The notes: generated from the sequence alone by a model not told the origin. Shown: positions 51,385 through 63,794, counted from the first letter of the stretch. The stretch is 64,000 nucleotides of DNA from Raja brachyura (GCA_963514005.1 OY740791.1:60760001-60824000), one strand, 5' to 3'. A program made the numbers and translations.

Positions 51385-51992
51385 GACATGTTGGCCAGTG
51401 TGAACAAATTGGGCTGATGAGCCTGTTTCCACACTGTATCACTCTAGGACTCGATGACTATGCTTGAAGTCCCCGTCCATTCCTGCATAATCTCTATTGC
51501 ACTCTTTCCAATACCATCACATTCTACCTAAAACATGGCAACAAGAATTGCACACCGTACTTGTCTCACAATGTTTTATACAACTGCAACGTACACCTCT
51601 ATGTTTATATTGTATATCCCAATTTACAAGGGCAAGCCGACCAGGTGTCTTCTTCAAAACCCTGTCGACTTGTGTTGTTACTTCCAGGAAAGTAAGGATT
51701 TTACCCTCGGTTCTGTTTGTTCATTAACATTTCTTTGCCTTAGTAATTACTGGACGTGTTCTATCATTATTAAACTTTGCAAAATGCATCAGGTTTACTG
51801 TCCTCTGGGCAGGTACAGTGAGGTGCAGACACAGCACAAATTAAAATCTTACTTGCAGCAGCATCACAGCCACTTGGACAGGCACCAGAGAAAACATAAA
51901 CTGTACATACATTATGAAGGCCGTGTAGAAACAAGGCATTCATACAAAATCAAAAGACAAGTCAGGGTTGAGCAAGGGATGGCACTTCCTTA

Positions 51993-52321
51993 AAGCCCTT
52001 TCCCAGGGTACGGGTTCATTCCAAGAGCTCTCCCGAGTTTAAAAAAATAAAACTTGTGGTAAGCACGGAGAATGAATGTAGTGGGTATATTGGAGCTCGG
52101 GGACGTCTCTTAGCGGCTCGTAACGCTAACGGTAGGTACTCGGGAAGACTCGCTAATGGCATGTAAGCACAGGAAGACTCGTGAAAATATTTCAACGTGT
52201 TGAAAAATGTCCACGAGAGCCCCGAGTACCGACGAGTGGCCATTACCATAAATCTCCAAGTTTGAATCAGGGAAAACTCGGGAGAGCTCTTGGAATGAAC
52301 TCGTACCATGAGACAGGACTT
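51993..52321. mobile_element. PIF/Harbinger-type MITE (family A, older copy)
   Basis: Collinear with 49524-49853; TTA TSD. Confidence 0.85.
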
Positions 52322-52434
52322 TTACTGAGGTAGGATTAGGGTCGCGCAAGTTGGTTCAAGACCCTCATGGTTATAAGAATGTTACGTTTCCTGAACCTGA
52401 TGGTGTGGATTTCAGGCTTCGGTACCGCTTGCTG

Positions 52435-52750
52435 TAAGGTCATAAGGTCATGAGTGATAGGAGCAGAATTAGGCCATTCGGCCCATCAAGTCTGCGCAGC
52501 CATTCAATCATGGCTGATCTATCTCTCCCTCCCAACCCCATTGTCCTGCCTTCTCCCCATTAACCCTGACACCCGTACTAATCAAGAATCTATCTATCTC
52601 TGCCTTAAAAATATTCATTGACTTGGGCTCCACAGCCTTCTGCAGCAAAGAATTCCACAGATTCACCACCCTCTGACCAAATAAATTCCGCCTCATCTCC
52701 TTCTTAAAGGACCATCCTTTAATTCTGAGGCTGTGACCTCTAGTCTGAGA
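52435..52750 (-). mobile_element. CR1 LINE 3' end
   Basis: ORF 52508..52771. Confidence 0.85.
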
Positions 52751-53720
52751 CATTATCTGACAGACGGCCAACTTTCTATCTGATCTATAATCCTACAGAT
52801 TCCTTGTTATCCAAAACACAATTAATTTTCACATTAATTGCAAACCTACCAACTGTACTTCCTACATCCACATCCAAGTCATTGATATATATAAGAAACA
52901 ACAAGGGTCACTTTACTGATCTCGCTCGTCACAGACTTCCAATCTCAAAGCATCTTTCCACCACTACGCTTTGCACCTTTCATCAGGCCAGCTCATCTTG
53001 AATCCCATCTGCCTTAACCTTCTGGACCAGCCTACTGCACAGGACTTTGTAAAATGCCTTATTAACACACCAGCATCCTGTTTCCATCAATCTTCTTAAT
53101 TACCTCCTTGAAACAGCTCATTCGCGTCTTGTGAAGAAGTGGTTCTTGACATCATCCTTCCCTGATCTTGAGCGAATAGCACACAACACCCTTTTCTCCC
53201 CAAACTCAAACATTTTAGCTCCATCAATATAGCAAAATATTTCTTCACGCAACCCTAGTAAATACTTCAATCATCTTAAACAGCTTGATTGAGCCATCAA
53301 TTAATCTTTGGGAAATACAAAGGAATCTGTCATAATAATTTAATATTTTTAGCCTATGATTATTTTCCTTCCCGTCAGCATATCCTTCCTGTCCAGAAAC
53401 AAACAATTATTCCATGTGGGATCGAGTAGATTTCCATACAACTATGGCATAATTCCCTGCCCTTTGGAATCTAGCTAATTCAAGTAATGGACAAAATTCC
53501 ATTCATTATTGTAATGCTGTCAATAATTTTCCAACTATTTTTTTGTGTTTCCTGTACAAGTATTCTGGATTCACTTTGTCTGTTACTTTGAAATGTGGAA
53601 ATCACGTAATAATCAGATATTACGTGATTCTAAAGATCAATGGGGGAAGAGTGGTGGTGATGATTTGGAACATGTTGCCAGTGGAAAAAGTATGGGAACT
53701 ATTATTGTTTGTTTGTTTTT

Positions 53721-53763
53721 TGTGTGTGTGTGTGTGTGTGTGCGTGCCCGTGTGCGTGTGCGT
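53721..53763. repeat. (GT)n microsatellite
   Basis: Direct reading. Confidence 0.9.
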
Positions 53764-54119
53764 ATATAGACACTAAACTTTTTATTTTTCATTTATTATA
53801 TTGCTCACAGTGTACTATGTTTACATATTTTGTGTGCTACTGCAAGTAAGAATTTCATCATTCTATCTAGGATAAATTACAATATCCTTAAAATCCACTT
53901 TCCTCATCATGCTTTAGAATATGCAAATAATTTTCATTAATTTAATCATTTTATTATGCGCTGAAGGGCAATTGCTTCTACATTAAGTCCACCGCATTGT
54001 AATCCAACTACTTTATACCTAGTCAGCGTTAAATGAAAGATGGCCCTGGATATTGTGAATATGTTTGTCAGTGTCAATTTGGACTGCTTTCCTGCATCTG
54101 CACTTGGCTACCACAGATG

Positions 54120-54330
54120 GATAGACTCAAAATGCTGGAGTAACTCAGCGGGACAAGCAGCATATCTGGAATGAAGGAATGGGCGACGTTTCAGGTCGAC
54201 TGAAGATGGGTCTCGACCCGAAATGTCACCCATTCCTTCTCTCAAGAGATGCTGCTTGTCCCGCCGAGTTACTCCAGCATTTTGTGTCTGTCTTCGGTTT
54301 AAACCAGCATCTGCAGTTCCTTCCTACACT
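54120..54330. mobile_element. Penelope-associated fold-back element
   Basis: Inverted arms plus tail, ending ~65 nt into the intron from the donor of the 79-nt exon. Confidence 0.8.
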
Positions 54331-54395
54331 TCTTGGCTACAGGGGTTCTGGTCATTTAAGTGATGCATCTGATGCTGAGTTCCGTAATCTCTTAC

Positions 54396-54474
54396 CTGTT
54401 GCTCAAAATTCATGTTCTCTAAGAATCTTTGGTTCATTGTTTCTGCAAACTTCTTAATGGCTCCTAAAAACACC
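54396..54474 (-). CDS. DOCK2: DOCK2 coding exon (79 nt): (R)VFLGAIKKFAETMNQRFLENMNFEQQ
   Basis: Minus strand reads cgcag|G GTG TTT TTA...CAA CAG|gtaag; the peptide matches DOCK2 VFLRAINKFAETMNQKFL as I recall it; ends in phase 0, matching the next exon. Confidence 0.93.
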
Positions 54475-54701
54475 CTGCGAAAAACAAATGCAATCCATTA
54501 ATCCACATTTATTAACTTGCCAGTTTGAAGGTTAAAGGGAAGTCTTCTTTACATTCTGTAAAAGGGAGTTAATTGTGGCCCAGGCAGATAACATAAAAGT
54601 CATCTTTTCAATCTATCGTAGATGAAAAGGGAAATGGTTCCTCTCTTAGGTAGAATATTGCATCCTGGGCTCTTGTTTCTTTCTTGCCTATTGATGTATA
54701 C

Positions 54702-55200
54702 CAGGGGTCGGCAACCTATGGCGCCCGGCCCAAATCCGGCAAGTACCCAAAAATCATCCGTCCCATAGGCATATATATTTTTTCCTCAATCATCCGGCCC
54801 GCAGACTTTCGTCATCACCGGTACCTGGAATGTTTCAGAAAGAACTGCAGGTGCTGGAAAAATCAAAGGCAGAAAAAAATGCTGGAGTGAGTTTCTCCAG
54901 CATTTTTTTCTACCTCCAGTGCCCAGAAGGTGATTTGGCAGTACTGCATCTTGCGCAAAGCCGCCGGCGGCACGGCCACGCGCCTTCTGTGTCTGGGCTT
55001 CACTGTCGAAATTGGGGTTGTCAGTAGGTCGGGGACGAGTGAGTGTGAGTATTTCAGCTCAGTGCTCCAGGTGGCATCCTCGAAGGGACGGGATCTATGT
55101 GAACACGTGATTTGATGCCTGCCATCCGGAGCGGGATCCATGTGTACACGTGATATATGCGTGGCCCGCCATCCGCTCACACAGACATATGGCCTGGCCT
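54702..55200 (+). mobile_element. hAT-type non-autonomous DNA transposon, right end lost
   Basis: Starts CAGGGGTCGGCAACC; collinear with 62539-63028; holds a collapsed Penelope hairpin at ~54835-54915. Confidence 0.75.
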
Positions 55201-56190
55201 CCTCATCTTTATATTTACACTCTGTAAATTAGTTGGGTTTGGACAATGCATTTTGTCAGTATGCCAGCACACTTTGTATAACGATAGGGTTTCCCAAAGA
55301 GGGCACTATGGTACAAAGCTGCTCATAATTTGGCATTGTCATTCAGAGAATATATGGCACAGCAGGTAGTGCCGCTGCCCCACGGATCCAAAGGTGCGGG
55401 TTCGATTCCGACCTCTGCTGCCGTTGGTGTGAAATGTGTTAATTCTCCCCATGACTGCGAGGGCTTTCCCTTGGTGCCTTGGTTCTCTCTCACATGTTAA
55501 ATAAGTGCTGTGAGGTTAATTGGCCACTGTTAATTACCATGGCATGGATGATAGCAATAAAGGTTCAAGGGGGAGTTGACACACATGCGTACGACAAAAT
55601 TAACTATAGGGATATTGGGAAATCAGGAGTGGGATAATCAGACAAAGGGATTGATATTTGGCCCAATGAATCATGTGGCTTTCTTCATTATAATTGTAAC
55701 AACCAAAAGAATGACTTGTGTACAGACAGAAGAAAGCATAAGCGGGTGACCATGTATTACGAGGTGGAAGGAGCTGCATTCCCCAAAAATGGTAGCAGTT
55801 TTCTGTAATGCAAGACTATGCCATTTGTGCAGGTGTCAAGAAGTATAAGTTAAAACATTAAAAAATTGTGCTTATTCATTTACTATTTCCACTATGTTGC
55901 CTACCATCCCAGGAAGGCTGGCTCCTCCTGGGGGCGGAGTTGGATTCATGGGAATTGGTCCTGGAGGGGAGGATGACTCCCCTCCCCCCCCCCCCCCCCC
56001 CCCCAACTCAACCTGTTCACATCCCCAATCCTTTCCACTCATTACTTTAAGTTCTTGTTTCATGTATTTGGCGTTTTATGACTGTTGACAGACCAATTTC
56101 TCTCCTGAGATAAATAAAATTCTGTTGTATCATATCGTATTTCAATCCCCATGGTCAATGTAAAAAGTTAATACCTGCTAATATTAATTT

Positions 56191-57172
56191 GTGGACTAAG
56201 TGGGACCCGTTGGTCACACGGGAGTTCTGGTTCCCCAACGCAACCCATTCCCCGATGCAATATTCCACCATTCACCTGTTCCCCAAACGCAACAGCAGGA
56301 ACATTCTGTAGCCGGGGGATACGGACGGCTTCAGGCGGGGCCTTTTGGGGACTGGTGGGTGGGGTGTGGTGGAAGGGGGGGGTGTGGAGGAGGGGGCGTG
56401 TAGGGGAGGAGGGGCATGTTGGGGAGGGGCGAGGGGTGGGGGCAGTGTTTGTGGGGGAGAGGGGGTGTGGTGGAGGAGGAGGGGGGTGTAGGGGAGGAGG
56501 GTGTGGTGGAGAAGGGGGGCTGTAGGGGAGGAGGGGGGTGTGGGGGAGGGTGTGTGTGGGGGAGGGTGTGTGTGGTGGAGGAGGGTGGTGTGGGGGAGGA
56601 AGGGGGTGTGGGGTTGGAGGAGGTGTGTGGGGGAGGAGGGGGGTGTGGGGGAGGAGGGGGTGTGGGGAGGGTGTGTGTGGTGATGGAGTGTGTGTGGGGG
56701 AGGGGTCTGTGTGTGGGGGAGGGGTCCGTGTGTGTCGAGGAGGGGTGTGTGTGTGGGTGATAGGGGAGTATGTTGTGGGCGTTGGTGTGGGGGGGGGGTT
56801 GTGGTTGCGGGGGGGTGGGGGTGTAGTGGGGGGGGGGTTGTGGTGGCGGGGGGGGCGGGGATTGTGGTCGCCACTCTGCTCACTCCGCTCTCGCTGCACT
56901 CTGCACTCTGCTCACTCCGCTCCTTCAGCTTTATTCTCCTCGCCGCCGGTGATTAACAGCGGGTGCCGGAAGGGGCGGTTTTTATGATTTTTGCACCTTC
57001 ATAACTTTTGTAATATTCCACCGATCGGAACAAAACTTGGTGCACTTGCAGCACAAGAGAACAGTGAGTAAGGTGGTGAAAAAATGTAGCGCTATTGTAT
57101 TACGTTTTTGCGCAAATGTAAAAACAACACAAATCGTAAGAGGACAAGATGAGAGTTTTAGTTATGTCTAGA
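56191..57172 (-). mobile_element. Non-autonomous Helitron-like element, second copy
   Basis: Shares GACTAAGTGGGACCCGTTGG..TCACACGGGAG and ..GAGTTTTAG.TAT...TAGA|T ends with 20616-21766; G-rich interior. Confidence 0.68.
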
Positions 57173-57364
57173 TTTAATGTTAGCTTATTGATTTATTTTA
57201 CTGTTATGATATGAATTTAAAAAAATCCCAGCGAGCGTTTAATTGCTGCTCCATCAAACGCTGACAATAATGTGTAATATTTCTATGTACAATCTGATTA
57301 ACAATTATTACGCCAAATTCTGTGAGTTGCAACATATGCAGTGTTTGACCTAGTACCTCTAATT

Positions 57365-57551
57365 TATGTGTAGGAGGGAACAGCAGATGTTGGTTTACGC
57401 CAAAGATAGACAAAAAGCTGGAGTAACTCAGCGAGACAGGCAGCATCTCGGGAGAGAAGGAATGGGTGACATTTTGGGTCCTGAAACGTCACCCATTCCT
57501 TCTCTGCAGAGATGCTGACTGTCCTGCTGAGTTACTCCAACATTTTGCGTC
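57365..57551. mobile_element. Penelope-associated fold-back element (tail on the left)
   Basis: TSD TACCTCTAATT (57354-57364, 57552-57562). Confidence 0.8.
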
Positions 57552-57851
57552 TACCTCTAATTCATCACTCTTTTCAGAAAAAACAAAATGTGTAAATAAT
57601 CAGATATTTTGTTTTCAAGTATGTTATGGGCGGGGGTTAAATACAGGGTTAAATATTGAACCTTAGAAAAAAACATCTCCTTCTACTCATGTGGATTCAA
57701 AGCTGTCTACATCGAGGAGCAGAAATGGCTTCAGATGAATGTGTCATCCCCACCAATTAGCACACACTCTGTATCACAGTAAGTGCCTAGATTCTGCACT
57801 CAATTCTTGATTACAACTTCCCGAACCTTCTGATGCCAGAGACAACACTTA

Positions 57852-58089
57852 AGGGCCTGTCTCACTTTGCGATTTTTTCGTCGACTGCCGACATCGTTGA
57901 CTGACGCAACAGGTCACTGAAAGATTCACGGCGTGACACGGCGTGATGACGTATGACGCACAGTGTTTTTTCAAGTGTCGCAAAACATTTTTTTTGTCGC
58001 CGCTGGATTTTGAAATGTTCAAAATCTTTTGGCGACACTGGTATGACGCCGGCAGTCGCCGAAAAAAATCGCCAAGTGGGACAGGCCCT
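57852..58089. mobile_element. PIF/Harbinger-type MITE
   Basis: AGGGCCTGTC.CACTT.GCGATTTTTT TIRs; TTA TSD. Confidence 0.88.
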
Positions 58090-58776
58090 TTACCCGTCAA
58101 CCAAATCAATTGGCTTTACCTTTCTTTAATGGCCCCTACATTATAATCCCTAGTGAGGTTCCAAAGTGCTTCATTAGTTAAAGGTTTGCAAGAATGTATG
58201 ACATTATAAGTGAATATGTGTTGCTGCTACACTTGGTGATATTAACATGTAATTGCATTGGTTTCTTTTTGCAGCAACATCACACATATCCGTTTCAGCA
58301 GACTGGACTAATCAAGTAACCATTATCCTTCAACTAAATAAACAATGATAAAGAACGGTTGCCTGTATATTATCTTTTGTCCTTCTGGCAAAATTGAACC
58401 CCCTGCTCTCAACATTCTCATGTATGTATAGCAGAAATTAATACCACCATTCTTGCTCTATCAGCGTGTAAGCAAATCAGTTTGGTGATACGAAGTACAT
58501 AGCAGTCGGCCTTCAAACGCTGTGAATGCATATTTGCAACTTGAGCTCCTAAATTATTTACTGCCCATTAAAGTTAATGTGGATACCGTTGTATTGCAAC
58601 ACTAAATTGCAATTAAGGGATTTGTTGTTACTTGTTACAAGGGATCTTAATCAGCTTCCGGCATTACCAAACCCCCCCCGCCTTGTCTGATACACCAAGT
58701 TAGTCGGCCAAGATGAGATAATATAACCATGGCCATTTCCGTAAAAGGTAGCAAGGTATCTTAAATGGATACCAAG

Positions 58777-59180
58777 TGTGTAAGAAGGAACTGCAGATGC
58801 TGGTTTAAACCGAAGATAGACACAAAAAGCTGGAGTAACTCAGCGGACAGGCAGCATCTCTGCAGAGAAGGAATGGGTGATGTTTTTGGCCGAGACCCTT
58901 CTTCAGACTGGTTAGGGATAAGGGAAACGAGAGATATAGATGGTGATGTGGAGTGATAAAGAACAATGAATGAATGATATGCAAAAAAGTAACGATGATG
59001 AAGGAACAGGCCATTGTAAGCTGTTTGTAGGGTGAAAATGAGAAGGTAGTGAGACTTGGTTGGGGGAGGGATAGAGGGAGAGGGAATGCCGGGCTTCCTG
59101 AAGTGAGATAAATCAATATTGATATCACTGGGCTGTAAGATTCTCAAGCAAAATATGAGGTGCTGTTCCTCCAATTTGCA
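58777..59180 (-). mobile_element. Penelope-like element 3' fragment
   Basis: LEEQHLIFCLRILQPSDINID, then UTR, terminal unit and tail. Confidence 0.85.
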
Positions 59181-60207
59181 AGGTGTGTGAAATATTCACT
59201 TTGAGCAATCTATTATCACGGACACTAAACCCTGCTAGGAAAATACATGGAAATGGGCAATCACACATTTCCCCTTGCCAGGGGGTGATGCATAAGACTT
59301 GCAGAGGCCAGAACCTGGATCAAACAGCAAACAACTGGAGGAACAGCAACATCTGTGGAGGCAGATGGATGGTCGACATTTCGGGTCAACATTGCATCAG
59401 AACCCCACGGAGGGACTCATGCTCTACACCCCAATCAGTGTGTACCTCGATTCTCCATTCAGCTCTTGATCATAACTTGAAAATTCCAGGACCTTCATAT
59501 CCAAGCGGTCCTGGCGTTGAACTAACAAGGCAAATGTTGTGAACCCAAATTGCATTTTTGGTGGGAAGGAACTGCAGATGCTGGTTCAGACCAAAGATAG
59601 ACACAAAAATCTGGAGTAACTCAACGGGTCAGACAGCATGTCTGGAGTAAAGGAAAAGGTGACGTTTCGGGTCGAGAACCTTCTTCAGATTTGGTAAGTT
59701 GGAAAATTTTAGTGACAAAAATCTGTGATTTTGAACTAAATAAATTAACATTGAAGATGATCAATGCAAAACCCAATGGTTTCACTCACAGGATCATTAC
59801 ACACTACCTAGTTACATGTAGCTGTGCTACAGGTTCACAGTGACCCATAGTAATGGTAGTTCTCTCAGGGAAACCAGGGGTAAAAAATAAATTTTGATCA
59901 TATTATCAGTATCTATATCTTATAGACAAAAAAGAAGTATATGCCTCTTCCAGGCATATTAATACTGAATAATATACCACATTGTTCTAAGAAGTGGTTA
60001 CCACTGCAATACATTTGCATCCAGCAGGACAGTAGTGGGGAAGTTTTTGGCCTTTAAGCAGAGGGGAAAATTTAGACTGTTTATCAACTGCACCAGACAG
60101 TTGGCTCCTGATTCAAGTGCGATAAGAGAATTGAAAATACATTTAAAAACTAAACCTGCAAACACAACCCTAATGGACCTCTCTGGTTCATGCAAAGATT
60201 AAAATTA

Positions 60208-60545
60208 TGGGCCTGTCCCACTTAAGCAACTTTTTCGGCATCTGCAGGCACCCGTCATAGGTCATTGCAGGTCGCCGAAAATTTTCAACATGTTGAAAAT
60301 CCAGCGGCGACCAGAACAAGGTACGACTCTTTGGGCGACTAGTCACGTCCATACAGGCTTCACCCCGCGACACGTCGCCAGGTTGTCCCCTGTATGGTCG
60401 CAGGTAGTCTCCTCAGTCACCCAAAGAGTCGTAACGTCTTTCTGGTGGCCGCTGAATTTTTAACATGCTGAAAATTTTCAGCGACCTGCAACGACCTATT
60501 ATGGGTGCCGGCAGTCGTTGAAAAAGTGTAAGTGGGGCAGGCCCA
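60208..60545. mobile_element. PIF/Harbinger-type MITE
   Basis: TGGGCCTG.CCCACTTA TIRs; TTA TSD; two AACATG[T/C]T-centred palindromes. Confidence 0.88.
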
Positions 60546-60562
60546 TTAGCATCTCTTTCATG

Positions 60563-61274
60563 GAGATAGACACAAAAAGCTGGAGTAACTCAGCTGGTCA
60601 GACAGCATCCCTGGAGAAAAGAAATAGGTGACATTTAGGTTCAGACCCTTCTTCAGTCTCGACCCGAAACATCGCCTGTACCTTTTCTCCTGAGATGCTC
60701 ACCCGCTGATCTATTCCTGCTTTATGTCTCTATCTTCGGCTTAAACTAACATCTGCGATACCTTCCTACACCTACCTCATCTACTGCATCTGCTGCTCTA
60801 GATATCAGTTGATCTATATCGGTGAGACCGAGCGTAGGCTTGGCGATCGTTTCACCGAACACCTCTGCTCGGTCCGCAATAACCAACCCGACCTCCCGGT
60901 GGCTCAGCACTTCAACTCCCCCTCCCATTCCGTATCTGACCTCTCTGCCCTGGGCCTCCTCCAAGGCCAGAGTGAGCAACACCGGAAATTAGAGGAACAG
61001 CACCTCATATTCCACTTGGGGAGCCTGCATCCTGGTGGCATGAACATCGATTTCTCACAATTCTGTTAACCCTTGCTGTCTCCTCCCCTTCCTACCTCTC
61101 CCTCAGCCCTTGTGGTCCTCCTCCCCGTTTTTTCTTTCTTCTCCCCGACTCCCCCCACTCCCTATCAGTCTGAAGAAGGGTTTCGGCCCGAAACGTTGCC
61201 TATTTCCTTCGCTCCATAGATGCTGCTGCACCTGCTGAGTTTCTCCAGCATTTTTGTGTACCTTCCTTCCTACA
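60563..61274. mobile_element. Nested Penelope composite: fold-back unit plus an inserted GIY-YIG-bearing fragment
   Basis: Outer TSD CATCTCTTTCATG; inner TSD CCTTCCTACAC; ORF 60809..61069 YIGETERRLGDRFTEH...HFNSPSH...EEQHLIFHLGSLHPGGMNID. Confidence 0.88.
61170..61197 (+). ncRNA. Minimal hammerhead-ribozyme-like motif (representative copy)
   Basis: CTGAAGA-A-GGG-TTTCGG-CCC-GAAACGTT in a Penelope terminal repeat; stem I is weak and activity is untested. Confidence 0.55.
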
Positions 61275-61959
61275 CATCTCTTTCATGAACATGTACATAA
61301 CCATAAGCCCATAGTAAAATGGTGCAGTAAACCTCGTTATGCTAACATGTCCCACATACATAATTTGATCATCCCAAGCCTGAAAAGGGGAGAATAGGAC
61401 CTTAAATACTATAACTACGAGGGGCAGTCCCCATCAAATTGATAAGCAGAGCTGGAAGTCTTTTTTGAAAAGAATCAGATCATCAGGGACTCTTTGACTG
61501 AGTCCTATATATGATGCCCAAGTCAAAAAGCAGGCTGTCTCACTCAGAGCTAATACTTTCATCAACTCAACGAACCAGAGAATTCGCATCCCAGGTACTC
61601 TTCTGGTTCAGAATGTACACTCAGTTTTTGCTCATTAAAGTTAGGTTTATTTCAAAGAAGAAGAAATGAATAAAGCAGAATGACTCCAGGCCAATTAGTC
61701 TAGCACCAGTCGTGGGGAAAATTGCTAGAATTCATCACTGGGATCAGAGTAAGTGAGCACTTAGCAAAGTATAAGCTGATTAGGAAGATTCAACGCGGTT
61801 TTGTGAAAGGTTGATTATGTCTAACAAACCTATTAGAGTTTTTCTTTGATGGTGGCACTGAGGTGCTTAGAAATGGATTGATGGAGGTCGCACCATGGAA
61901 TCTGAAAAGATATTTGAACAAGTTCTGCGTGAAGACCACAGTCATCTTCCGACATTGTC

Positions 61960-62538
61960 ATGTGATAGAAATAGAATTAGGCCATTCAGCCCATCAAGTC
62001 TAATCCACTATTCAATCATGGCTGATCTATCTCTCCCTCCTAACCCCATTCTCCTGCCTTCTCCCCATAACCTCCGACACCCGTACTAATAAAGAATCTA
62101 TCTATCTCTGCCTTAAATATATACACTGACTTTGCTTCCACAGCCTTCTGCGGCAAAGAATTCCACAGATTCACCACCCTCTGACTAAAGAAATTCCTCC
62201 CCATCTCTTTCTGAAAAGAACGTCCCTTAATTCTGAGGCTATGACCTCTAGTACTAGACTCTCCTGTTAGTGGAAACATCTTCTCCACATCCACTCTATC
62301 CAAGACTTTCACTATTCTGTATGTTTCAATGAGGTCCTCCCTCATTCTTTTAAACTCCAGCAAGTGCAGGCCTAGTGTGACAAACGCTCATCATAGGTTA
62401 ACCCACTCATTCCTGGGAGCATCCTTGTAAACCTCCTCTGGACCCTCTCCAGAGCCAGCACATCCTTCCTCAGATTTGACTTCTTCCCCAAAATTGCTCA
62501 CAATGTTCCAAATGCGGCCTTACCGGCATCTTATAGAG
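61960..62538 (-). mobile_element. CR1 LINE 3' part (resumes at 63029)
   Basis: ORF 62040..62363. Confidence 0.88.
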
Positions 62539-63028
62539 CAGGGGTCTTATAGAGCTACGGCAACCCAAAATCATCCGGCCCGCAGACTTCCTTCATCTCC
62601 GGTACTGCCTGGGCCTGAGACCGCGGCGCCCAGGCACGGTGACGCAAGAAGGCCCGTGCTGGCGGCCGTAATTGCGGAGCCACTGACGCCCTAGCGGGGC
62701 CGAGCGCCGAGCTCTGGCTGTACCACATCCTGCGCAAAGCCACCGGCATGGGCGCGCACCTTCTGTGTCTGGGCTTTACTATCGGAACGGGGTTGTCAAT
62801 AGGCCGGGGATGAACGAGTATGAGTATTTGAGCCACTGCCTCCAGGACAGAGCCAAGGCAATGGTCTGTAGGTACGCCATGTTTGTGAGCGCACGTAACT
62901 ATGGGCCAGTGCTCTGGGTGGTGTCCTCGACGGGGCGGGATCTACGTGATAGATGTGATAGATGTGGCTCGCCCTCTACTCACAGACATGCGTCCTGGAC
63001 CCTATGCTGAACAAGGCACCAACCCCTG
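62539..63028 (+). mobile_element. hAT-type non-autonomous DNA transposon
   Basis: CAGGGGT...ACCCCTG termini; 8-bp TSD TTATAGAG / TTATGGAG. Confidence 0.82.
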
Positions 63029-63794
63029 TTATGGAGCCTCACCATGACATTCTTCTTTTTCTATACAAGCCCTCTGGAAATAAATGCTAGCAGTGATTTT
63101 GCATTCTTTGTGAAGTTGCCAGAGCTGTTTCATAATTCAGCAAAGTAGCACAGTGGCAGAGCGGTTTGTCTTCTTGCATCAGTGCTCCAGTGCTCCAGGT
63201 TCAATCCTGAGATGTGCACAGTTTGCACACTCCAACTTTGGCCGCATGGATTTCCACATCCCAAGGATGTGCTCATAGTTTATCTGACTACTGTGAGTGT
63301 TGGCTAGTGCAGGCAGAGGAGTCAAAGGGAAGGATGGGCATGTTAGAGAGAATAAGTTGCAGGGCTACAGAGAAAACAGAGGCTTGTAACATCCAAGGAT
63401 AATTGGGGAAAAGGTGAGCACGCATAAGGAGTATTCTCTCACAAATGGTCAGTGACTTCAGGAAGCAAGGCATACCATTGCCTCTACTTCCTCAGAAGGT
63501 TTAGGAAGTTTGGTATGCCCCCACCAACTCTCACCAACTTTGACAGATGGGCCATAGGAAGCACTTGATCGGGATGCATCACAGCATGGTTTGGGAACAG
63601 CACCATCCAAGACCGCAAGAAATTGCAGGAAACTGTTGGCACAGCCCAGACTATCACACAAACCAACCTCCCTTCCATTGACTCAGTTCCTCCAGCACTT
63701 TGTGTCTACCTTGGACTGTGTAGCTGCTTGCAGTGTAGCTGCTGCTGCTTGCTGCTGTACACGATGGCGGCCACTGTGGACTGCTCCTTGTTGT

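Noticed and set aside
56168-56987. 243-aa and 203-aa Pro/His/Thr-rich ORFs
   Set aside because: Same low-complexity artefact in the second Helitron-like copy
60281-60300. p53 response element in the MITE palindrome
   Set aside because: CAACATGTTG is only one imperfect half-site; no paired decamer
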